64,000 bases of DNA from a virus. The position numbers and the translations under genes were made by a program. Numbering within the stretch: the stretch's first letter is position 1; every line of letters starts with the position of its first letter. The DNA lies in the IMG/VR virus record IMGVR_UViG_3300027984_000001; one strand, written 5' to 3'. The notes beneath the pieces were generated by a model. That model had not been told where the DNA came from, did no database searches, and saw only the letters and a program-made list of their open reading frames with translations. Positions 46,187 to 53,160 of the stretch are shown here, one piece after another.

Positions 46187-46417
46187 TTTTTCATTCTTTA
46201 ACAAATCCGCGTAATGGCTTAAATAATATATTGCTTTCAGGATATCGTCCAGTTCGCTATTTCCTTCCTTATATCCTGCCCTTACAATATATTTCAATGC
46301 CGTCCCTTTGTAATAGTTTAATCCCCATGCGTCAACGGCTGTTAAAACCTCTAGCCCGCCACGATTATAATATTCAGGATGTTCTATTGTCATTTTATCA
46401 TTCCTATTGTAATGCAT
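46175..46417 (-). CDS. DUF3310-family protein
   Basis: GTALKYIVRAGYK....DILKAIYYL pattern. 80 aa. Confidence 0.6.
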   Translation of the reverse strand: MHYNRNDKMTIEHPEYYNRGGLEVLTAVDAWGLNYYKGTALKYIVRAGYKEGNSELDDILKAIYYLSHYADLLKNEKTGE

Positions 46418-46533
46418 TGAGATAAACGCCTAATTTTAATTAATGCTTGACGATAGTATAATTATCCATGAAAACACATAACATTTAAAATTGCCATACA
46501 TTCACTGAGCAGTAATGCAAGATAACCGCAATG

Positions 46534-46977
46534 CTATTGCATTGACCTACCCCGCAATAGATATTCTTGACTAACTTTTAATAGTTTCGCTAGTATGGGG
46601 ATATACTTGTCATGCACAAACAATTTACCACGTTCATAACGGCTATATACAGATTGAGAAATACCCAATTTGTCCGCAACGTCCTGTTGGGAATACCCCA
46701 TGTTCACACGACTAATGTGTAACCTTAAACCAACGCCGGTTCTTTTAGCCGGGCGCGGCTCTTCATTGACCGGCCCGGCTATTAAATCCTCCATCGAAAC
46801 ATTTAAAAAATCCGCCAAACGCTTAACAGTATCGTATTTTGCAAATCCCCCTTCCTCATATCTCTTTATATGCTTATTATATGCGCCTTCATCAAAACAT
46901 TTAAACGCTAGCTTATGTCTTGTCAATCCTTTTTCTTCCCTTATCTTTTGTAAATTTTTAAGCGTATATAATGTCAT
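46534..46977 (-). CDS. XRE-family regulator with two HTH domains
   Basis: Two HTH_3-like repeats (GLTRHKLA... and GYSQQDVADKLGISQSVYSRYERG). Confidence 0.7.
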   Translation of the reverse strand: MTLYTLKNLQKIREEKGLTRHKLAFKCFDEGAYNKHIKRYEEGGFAKYDTVKRLADFLNVSMEDLIAGPVNEEPRPAKRTGVGLRLHISRVNMGYSQQDVADKLGISQSVYSRYERGKLFVHDKYIPILAKLLKVSQEYLLRGRSMQ

Positions 46978-46985
46978 GATATCAT

Positions 46986-47258
46986 TTATAAAACTTGTTC
47001 TGTATTCGAAAGTAATGCTGGATTACCTAAAAAATGCGAAAAATTATTCAGCAAATTGCCTTCTTGGTCATACGACGGCTCGCCGCAATTCTTACACATA
47101 CTTTTCAACGGCGTAACTGAGCACAAACAACAATCGCAAGGATTTTCCAGTATTTCTCGCGGGAAATGCTCATATTCCATTCTTTGTATTACAGTTTTAA
47201 TACTTTTTTGTCTGTTGAAATACCGCTCGCGGTCTGTCATTATTATTCCTTCTTTCAT
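46986..47258 (-). CDS. Cys-rich hypothetical protein
   Basis: 90 aa. CDCCLC...CKNCG. Confidence 0.5.
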   Translation of the reverse strand: MKEGIIMTDRERYFNRQKSIKTVIQRMEYEHFPREILENPCDCCLCSVTPLKSMCKNCGEPSYDQEGNLLNNFSHFLGNPALLSNTEQVL

Positions 47259-47482
47259 AATGTTTTCATTCTTAAAATAAATTCATCATCCGTTATATCT
47301 GTGGGGATGCAATCCAACGCATCCACTATACGCCGAAAAGTTGAATACATGACCGGCGCGTTGTGGTTTATTCCGCGTATGACATTGTATGACATATCTA
47401 TGCGTTGAATCAACTTTGATGTGTTAATACCCTTTTCATACTGTTTAATCTTTAGTAAATTTTTGTCAATTTTTATTTTCAT
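47255..47482 (-). CDS. HTH DNA-binding protein
   Basis: 75 aa, XRE-like helix-turn-helix pattern. Confidence 0.5.
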   Translation of the reverse strand: MKIKIDKNLLKIKQYEKGINTSKLIQRIDMSYNVIRGINHNAPVMYSTFRRIVDALDCIPTDITDDEFILRMKTL

Positions 47483-47502
47483 AATTCATTCCTTTATGGA
47501 AT

Positions 47503-47527
47503 ATAAAGCCCGGCATAATGGCCGGGC
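47503..47527 (-). terminator. intrinsic terminator after the SSB-like gene
   Basis: GCCCGGC/GCCGGGC stem followed by UUUAUAUU. Confidence 0.65.
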
Positions 47528-47541
47528 GCATATTATTAATA

Positions 47542-48120
47542 TTAAAACGGGAGGTCATCCTCATAGTCATCAGGTATATTGTTTACATTTTCTGTTGTGG
47601 ATTTGCCGTTAACATTCGTCGGTTTATTTGTCGCCGGTTTATCCTCCGGGACTTTGAACTCACCTGAGCGGATTTTATCCACCGAACGCGGGGCCATTGG
47701 CTTGACATTCCATTTATAGTCACCGCTAGTAGACGCAAAATATTCCGTACGCTGGAATAGCATTCCGATAAGTTTGCCGCGCAACGTTTGTTCATCCCAA
47801 TCCCATGTATAACCGCTATTGCTTTTTTCAATCGACGTTATCAGGCCCTTAAAATATCTTTGCGAATTGCCCTCCGTCATTTGATAATAAACACACGGCC
47901 ATTTTTTAGGCTCAAACGTATTGGCCTTAAATTGTTTGTCGAAAAAGTATTTGTATTCGCCTTCGGCGACATCTAATTCCAGCACTAACATTTCTTTGCC
48001 TGACTGCGAATTGAGGACGTGCGCATTATTAATCACACATACATAACCGCCCGGCGGCAGTTGCTGAAATTCACCCGGCAATGCCGGGGCAATTTTTTCC
48101 CATTCTTGGGGTTTTTTCAT
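47542..48120 (-). CDS. DUF669-type single-strand DNA-binding protein
   Basis: Follows the Sak4-like gene. Acidic C-terminal tail DDYEDDLPF, like SSB tips. Confidence 0.65.
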   Translation of the reverse strand: MKKPQEWEKIAPALPGEFQQLPPGGYVCVINNAHVLNSQSGKEMLVLELDVAEGEYKYFFDKQFKANTFEPKKWPCVYYQMTEGNSQRYFKGLITSIEKSNSGYTWDWDEQTLRGKLIGMLFQRTEYFASTSGDYKWNVKPMAPRSVDKIRSGEFKVPEDKPATNKPTNVNGKSTTENVNNIPDDYEDDLPF

Positions 48121-48208
48121 AATATCATTCTCCTTTTATATTATTATTTTCAGCATTAAGCTGATAGTAATCGCGTATTATTGTATTTACTCCCATTGGA
48201 AATGTTTG

Positions 48209-48814
48209 TCAATCTTTTTTTTCAGCAAATCCGTAATAATCCCTTATGGCATCATCAACAAATTTTAAATCGTTTTCAATTTCTAAAGGGAATAATTCCA
48301 TGGGAGATTTGGCCGGTGTCATGCCGTCACTGTTAGTTATAAATTTGTACTGCCCGGCGTCAATTTTCGCTAATAACACGATTGAAAACATACCTTCAAC
48401 CGTTAACTGTTGGTCTAACATTTTGCCTACCGTTTTGGCTTTTAAAACGCCCGTATCGCTGATTTCTGTATGATGGAGAAAATAAACAATTACATCGTCT
48501 GGCAATTTACGGACTTGGTCAATGAGATTCCGAAAGTTGACGGCGATTTCTGTGAATTTGCTATAATTGTTGATGTTCGCCTTATCGAACATTTCGAACG
48601 CCATCAAGAACTGACTGTCATCAATGACATATTTTTTCAGCGTGGGCTTATTCAAACTTTTCTGTATCGTCTGATACGTCGCGTTATTAATGATTTTATT
48701 CATCTTTTTGCGGAATGGCAATGGTTTACCCGCCACGTTGAATATGCCTACTTCATTCGGTTCAAAATTTCTGAGTGAACAACTCTTACCTAACCCGCTG
48801 GAACCTAAAATCAA
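48209..48814 (-). CDS. Sak4-like RecA-fold ATPase (AAA_24); probable true start ATC 48829
   Basis: P-loop GSSGLGKS only 4 residues after the TTG start. ATC lies 8 nt after GGGAGG and adds GIAVL (strand beta1). Confidence 0.7.
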   Translation of the reverse strand: MILGSSGLGKSCSLRNFEPNEVGIFNVAGKPLPFRKKMNKIINNATYQTIQKSLNKPTLKKYVIDDSQFLMAFEMFDKANINNYSKFTEIAVNFRNLIDQVRKLPDDVIVYFLHHTEISDTGVLKAKTVGKMLDQQLTVEGMFSIVLLAKIDAGQYKFITNSDGMTPAKSPMELFPLEIENDLKFVDDAIRDYYGFAEKKD

Positions 48815-48849
48815 AACTGCTATTCCGATAAGTCATTCCTCCCTTATAT

Positions 48850-48993
48850 TTATTCCCAACTTCCGCACGTATCATCATATGCGGCAACATCATGCCAATA
48901 CGTACAATATGGCGTTCCGTTTGCTATTGATGAAAGATATGCGCAATTTTCGCAGGTCTGCATTGTATCATTATCGTCGTAAAAATCGTCCAT
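48850..48993 (-). CDS. small Cys-rich protein (47 aa)
   Basis: AAGGAGG SD. CENC...C...C pattern. Below the ORF cutoff. Confidence 0.45.
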   Translation of the reverse strand: MDDFYDDNDTMQTCENCAYLSSIANGTPYCTYWHDVAAYDDTCGSWE

Positions 48994-49023
48994 TTCATGA
49001 CCTCCTTATTATCATTATAGTAT

Positions 49024-49063
49024 ATTATATGCTTTATCTAATGTTTTGTTACACGGAATACAA
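49024..49063 (-). promoter_or_regulatory. early promoter cassette (tandem)
   Basis: TTGTAT-17-TAGATA and GTAACA-17-TATAAT. Confidence 0.6.
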
Positions 49064-49089
49064 TAATATAAGATTAAAATTCAATTAAT

Positions 49090-49581
49090 TTATCTTATCC
49101 TTAATCCCTCAGTTTGATATAGTTCCGCGCCGTCGATAACCTTACCCAATTTAAGATCAGATATTAACCCTTGCTTATCCACACGTGCTGGCGGCTGTAT
49201 CCAATATTCGGCAGGAATGCGTTTTTCATCAACCATAACTGATGGAGGATTTTTCTGCATTGTAAAAGTGAATAATAGTGTTTTTATCTTTTTTAAATCA
49301 AGCGCAATCATTGAGTTTTGCAATGCGACTTTTAGCCGCTCGACGTTATTTTCAATGGACTTACGCCGTCCCTCCAGCCGTTCCTCTTCCGCCTTAATGG
49401 CGTCAATATCGGCATTCAAAGATTTTATCAGCATGGCGTATGCATTGCATTTATCGGCGTAATCTACTTCCGATAGTTTTATTTCCGACATAACTTGAGA
49501 CGCGGCATCATCCGTTTCGCCGTCTGACAATAAATCATACAACCGGCGTAAATTGCCGGTTAAGTTATATAGACTTGCCAT
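49090..49581 (-). CDS. Gp157-family protein
   Basis: MASLYNLTGNLRRLYDLL..., coiled coil. Typical partner upstream of Sak4/SSB. Confidence 0.6.
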   Translation of the reverse strand: MASLYNLTGNLRRLYDLLSDGETDDAASQVMSEIKLSEVDYADKCNAYAMLIKSLNADIDAIKAEEERLEGRRKSIENNVERLKVALQNSMIALDLKKIKTLLFTFTMQKNPPSVMVDEKRIPAEYWIQPPARVDKQGLISDLKLGKVIDGAELYQTEGLRIR

Positions 49582-49582
49582 A

Positions 49583-49786
49583 TTATCCCTCATCTTTCAT
49601 AATTCGCATAGACTCCATTACACAATCATAGCACCAATATTCATCATCGGTTATCGGTAAAAATCTGTCACCATCATAGATATCCCCGCCGCACCTATCG
49701 CATACATATAATGGCGCGTCATCCTCTAAAAAACCATCGCGCTCCATTTGTAAAATCCTGTAATCAGTCATCTTATTCATCCTCAT
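49583..49786 (-). CDS. zinc-ribbon protein
   Basis: CDRCG...CYDC. 67 aa. Confidence 0.5.
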   Translation of the reverse strand: MRMNKMTDYRILQMERDGFLEDDAPLYVCDRCGGDIYDGDRFLPITDDEYWCYDCVMESMRIMKDEG

Positions 49787-50090
49787 TCACAATTTTATTA
49801 CCATGTTCATCATAAATGCCATATTGCACAAATAACGGCGTCAAATCTGTACGTATTCCCTCCAGCCGGGTATTAACATCTTCAAATTTTTCTATGACCG
49901 AATTATATTTCTCAATGACTGACCACATAGCATCGACGTGTTGTTTTATAACGGCTATATCAGATTTATCCTCAATTAGAGCCTGATTCATTCCCGCTAC
50001 AAGTTGCAATGTCTGCACTTGATTCGCCGCCATATCCCGCATGGTTTTGTCTTTCGCATCCAGTTGGTTAACTACTTCCTGCAATCCCAT
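49773..50090 (-). CDS. hypothetical coiled-coil protein
   Basis: 105 aa. Preceded by the conserved hairpin-SD module. Confidence 0.5.
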   Translation of the reverse strand: MGLQEVVNQLDAKDKTMRDMAANQVQTLQLVAGMNQALIEDKSDIAVIKQHVDAMWSVIEKYNSVIEKFEDVNTRLEGIRTDLTPLFVQYGIYDEHGNKIVNEDE

Positions 50091-50139
50091 TGTTTTATCT
50101 CCATTCTGCCGGGTTAAGCCGCCCGGCCCGGCTATTTAT

Positions 50140-50457
50140 TTATCTGAGTTCTTTTTCCTCAATCCAGCAGCCGCCCCAAAATCGGCTATATATATTTACT
50201 TGCTTATAGTGTCCGTTCCGCTTTACGCGATATTCGCGTAAAGGGTAAAACATGTTATTTGAGGCTGGATCTGTTGTTCGGCTTATAAGCTCCATGTATT
50301 CATCATAGTTTTTCGAAAGTATGTAGTGTACCGCTGTATAGAAATCAGCTAAAATTTGGGAGTTTATTTTTTCGTGATCTGTTTCCCATCCCTTTATTAC
50401 TGGTTCAGTAAAATAGTTCATAGTCTTTGTTTCCGCGTCGTAATAGTTTTTTTCCAT
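50140..50457 (-). CDS. hypothetical protein
   Basis: 105 aa. Preceded by the second copy of the hairpin-SD module. Confidence 0.5.
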   Translation of the reverse strand: MEKNYYDAETKTMNYFTEPVIKGWETDHEKINSQILADFYTAVHYILSKNYDEYMELISRTTDPASNNMFYPLREYRVKRNGHYKQVNIYSRFWGGCWIEEKELR

Positions 50458-50508
50458 TTTGAAATCCCCTTTCTGCCGGGTTTAGCCGCCCGGCTCGGCT
50501 TATATTTT

Positions 50509-50661
50509 TTAGAATCCCGTTGTGGAATCGAATCTGATGAAATTCTCTTTTAATTGCACCTTTCCGATAAACTTAACCATTGCCTGCGTTGTCTTGAAAA
50601 ATTTTTCCTTTGTAACGACCTGATCTTTCGCGTTAACTTCAATCCATCTTAACCCGTACAT
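50509..50661 (-). CDS. hypothetical protein (50 aa)
   Basis: GGAGG SD, ATG 50661. First gene behind promoter cassette 50693-50732. Confidence 0.45.
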   Translation of the reverse strand: MYGLRWIEVNAKDQVVTKEKFFKTTQAMVKFIGKVQLKENFIRFDSTTGF

Positions 50662-50692
50662 TCCATAACCTCCTTAATCATCATTCTACTTT

Positions 50693-50732
50693 ATTATATG
50701 CTCATTATATCAATGTGTTACATAGAATACAA
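50693..50732 (-). promoter_or_regulatory. early promoter cassette (tandem)
   Basis: TTGTAT-17-(TG)ATATAAT and GTAACA-17-TATAAT. Confidence 0.6.
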
Positions 50733-50748
50733 GGCATTAAGATTAGAA

Positions 50749-51003
50749 TTAGATTAATTTATTTTCCTCATTCATGATGAATATTTTGGCGTCCTCCAGC
50801 GTATCCCAATCCGATTTTTTACTGCTAGGCGCAAATAATGTGAATGTATCATCGCCGTTATTTTTAAAAGTCTCATAAGTAAACCATACGCCGCTATAGC
50901 AGGGGAAATAATTAGGTTCTTTGTGAATCAGCCATTGTAAAACGCCATCAATAAAAACCCAGTATTCAAAATCATTAATTTTCTTATAAATTATGCTTTT
51001 CAA
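50749..51003 (-). CDS. hypothetical protein
   Basis: Start moved to TTG 51003, 7 nt after GGAGG. Confidence 0.5.
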   Translation of the reverse strand: MKSIIYKKINDFEYWVFIDGVLQWLIHKEPNYFPCYSGVWFTYETFKNNGDDTFTLFAPSSKKSDWDTLEDAKIFIMNEENKLI

Positions 51004-51063
51004 TATGATACCTCCAATAATCGGGCGTCCATGCTTGTAACCGTCCTGCCGCATTACCAGCCA

Positions 51064-51273
51064 TTATGGCCGTAACTCTGCGCTTATTTCATTTTCGAAT
51101 ATTTCATATAATCTTTGGGTATTCCCATCGGCTATAAATTCATATTCATTGTCTCCGTAATTCGCAATTAAGCGATAACCCGTTTCTGTCTTATAGTCGA
51201 TAAAATACTCAACCCCGTCTATCGTTCCAAGTGCTTCAACAAAGAATCCAACTTCATTTACTTTTAATTTCAT
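51064..51273 (-). CDS. hypothetical protein
   Basis: 69 aa. TTGGAGG SD behind a promoter cassette. Confidence 0.55.
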   Translation of the reverse strand: MKLKVNEVGFFVEALGTIDGVEYFIDYKTETGYRLIANYGDNEYEFIADGNTQRLYEIFENEISAELRP

Positions 51274-51299
51274 TTTTTTTAACCTCCAATTTTTTATCT

Positions 51300-51345
51300 A
51301 CTATATTCTATGCATTATCTTATCATAGTGTTACATGGAATACAA
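51300..51345 (-). promoter_or_regulatory. early promoter cassette (variant with 6-nt insertion)
   Basis: TTGTAT-17-TAAGAT. Downstream box CATAGAATATAGTAG. Confidence 0.5.
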
Positions 51346-51391
51346 TATACTTTAATTAGAATTGCATTAAAGATTTTACCCCACAAGCGGC

Positions 51392-51715
51392 TCATTCAGC
51401 CGCTTGTTTGGAATATTCTAACATTTCATATAATGCTTCAAGCAATGATTTTTTGGTTATCCGCAACCATGCGTCCAACATAGTCTTTTTAGTCGTCTTG
51501 TAATTTTTAACAACCATATCGTAATATGTCCAGTATCCCCAAACGGCGCACATATCAATATCGGCACCAAAATAATAACAATTAATATCTGAAAAGCTTG
51601 AGATTAAACCCCTTATTTCCCAAATCTTGCCTGTATGCCAATTTTTATGCGGGCACGTTATCGAAAATTTTTTTGCCTGTTGAATTGCTTCTTTGATTCT
51701 TTCAGTGTTATACAT
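51392..51715 (-). CDS. hypothetical protein
   Basis: Start moved to MYNTER after a GGGAGGA SD. Confidence 0.5.
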   Translation of the reverse strand: MYNTERIKEAIQQAKKFSITCPHKNWHTGKIWEIRGLISSFSDINCYYFGADIDMCAVWGYWTYYDMVVKNYKTTKKTMLDAWLRITKKSLLEALYEMLEYSKQAAE

Positions 51716-51752
51716 CTTTTTGTTCCTCCCTGTTTTGTTTGTTTCTACTATT

Positions 51753-51781
51753 ATTATATTCCATGGAATACAATTTGACAA
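51753..51781 (-). promoter_or_regulatory. early promoter cassette (short variant) TTGTCA-17-TATAAT
   Basis: The TTGTATTCC element is retained inside the spacer. Confidence 0.55.
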
Positions 51782-51831
51782 TTAAAATTAGATTAAAAAA
51801 ACGGCTTTCACCGCTTTATTTTGAAATCAGT

Positions 51832-52080
51832 TTATATAATCTCTTTAATATTATTTTTAGCGCATTCAGCCCCAATCGCATACTGACAACCTTCGCCGTC
51901 CTCAAAAACATAATAATTTTTTCGTTCTTTTCCACAACATTCACAATGTTCGGGCATACCGCCCTTGACTTGCTTATCATACGCTAATTTTAATGTTAAG
52001 CCGCTCCATCCTTGCGGATATAATGCCTGTGTGTATTTGTTTGGTTTTATCTCAATAGCATACATTACACCTTTAATCAA
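51832..52080 (-). CDS. Cys-rich hypothetical protein
   Basis: TTG start after AAGGAGG. CECCG...C..C pattern. Confidence 0.5.
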   Translation of the reverse strand: MIKGVMYAIEIKPNKYTQALYPQGWSGLTLKLAYDKQVKGGMPEHCECCGKERKNYYVFEDGEGCQYAIGAECAKNNIKEII

Positions 52081-52343
52081 TTTATGACCTCCTTGTATTC
52101 AATTTTATCTCTAATTGACAATGATGCTGATTTGGTGAAAATAAATGACTTAAACCAATCGTTCATTTTGATGGGTTTGACCTTCGCATCCCATTCAGCG
52201 TCAATCGCAATATACACCAATTTTTCGAGTTCTGCCATTTCATGCTCTAACGTATCAAATATTTCATCTGGCGTATCGTCCGGCAATCCCATGTAATAAT
52301 TATGTTTTTCATTTATTAATCGTCTTATTTCATTTCGATTCAT
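52077..52343 (-). CDS. hypothetical protein
   Basis: 88 aa. GGAGGG SD behind a promoter cassette. Confidence 0.55.
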   Translation of the reverse strand: MNRNEIRRLINEKHNYYMGLPDDTPDEIFDTLEHEMAELEKLVYIAIDAEWDAKVKPIKMNDWFKSFIFTKSASLSIRDKIEYKEVIN

Positions 52344-52373
52344 TCCATACCCTCCAAAAATTCAACCTAATAT

Positions 52374-52413
52374 ATTATATTCATATACTAGCATAATGTT
52401 TCACGGAATACAA
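52374..52413 (-). promoter_or_regulatory. early promoter cassette (tandem)
   Basis: TTGTAT-17-TAGTAT and GAAACA-17-TATAAT. Confidence 0.6.
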
Positions 52414-52436
52414 TATAGATAAATTAGAATTGAATT

Positions 52437-52463
52437 AAAAAAAATAGACCGTATATAATACGG
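52437..52463 (-). terminator. intrinsic terminator
   Basis: CCGTAT/ATACGG stem followed by U8. Confidence 0.55.
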
Positions 52464-52464
52464 C

Positions 52465-52710
52465 CTATCCGAACATTATTAAAACAATCCCTAATGGTAT
52501 AAAGACAACCCCACACATAAAAAGACATCCTGAATGTTTTTTAGAATCGGCGTACTGCTTAGGCGTTATTTTAGGATTATTAAGCGTGACAAAAACGCCT
52601 TTAAAGATAATACCAATGATAAAGATAAATGCCGCTATTCCTGTGGATAATAAAAAGATCCCGATTTTTTTTGTTATACCAGACCGCCCCTTCCAGCAAA
52701 TAACAAGCAT
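52465..52710 (-). CDS. two-TM membrane protein
   Basis: 81 aa with two hydrophobic helices. Confidence 0.5.
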   Translation of the reverse strand: MLVICWKGRSGITKKIGIFLLSTGIAAFIFIIGIIFKGVFVTLNNPKITPKQYADSKKHSGCLFMCGVVFIPLGIVLIMFG

Positions 52711-52883
52711 ACCCCTACAAGAATTAAAAGGACTGCCGTCATGCAGATAAAGCCGAATAAAAAACCTACAATGGTAAAAAACGTTAGTCTATTCTTATCA
52801 ATATACTGGAGTAAATTCATTCCGTTAACGCGCATTTTAGGAAATATTATCTTTATAATTATCCCAAATGCGACAAAATACAC
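52674..52883 (-). CDS. two-TM membrane protein; probable true start ATT 52922
   Basis: The GTG start truncates TM1. ATT lies 6 nt after GGAGGG and completes QIAGTLLSGIGIVYFVAFGIII. Confidence 0.5.
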   Translation of the reverse strand: MYFVAFGIIIKIIFPKMRVNGMNLLQYIDKNRLTFFTIVGFLFGFICMTAVLLILVGVCLLFAGRGGLV

Positions 52884-53123
52884 AATCCCAATTCCTGATA
52901 ATAATGTTCCCGCAATTTGAATTTATATCCCTCCAAATTTCCACAATATGAATATAGATTTTAAATATGTCATATTGCAATAATATTGACATTATCTTGT
53001 ATAAACAATAGCTAAAGAATAACAATATATTAATGTAATTCACTCCAATTTGTATTCATGTATCGTCATATTATATTCATGCTCCGCCATATTAGATACA
53101 CATTATTTCATTTTTAATTCATT

Positions 53124-53160
53124 TGAAAAGCAGAATAATACAAATAATTTTATTCTGCTT
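53124..53160 (-). terminator. intrinsic terminator overlapping the ftsK-like stop
   Basis: 11-bp stem AAGCAGAATAA/TTATTCTGCTT followed by UUUC. Confidence 0.6.

Noticed and set aside
52837-53043. 68-aa minus-strand ORF (MNYINILLFFSY...).
   Set aside because: It lies in the terminator/promoter gap after the ftsK-like gene. Its GTG start directly abuts a weak SD, and its composition is typical of translated AT-rich non-coding DNA.
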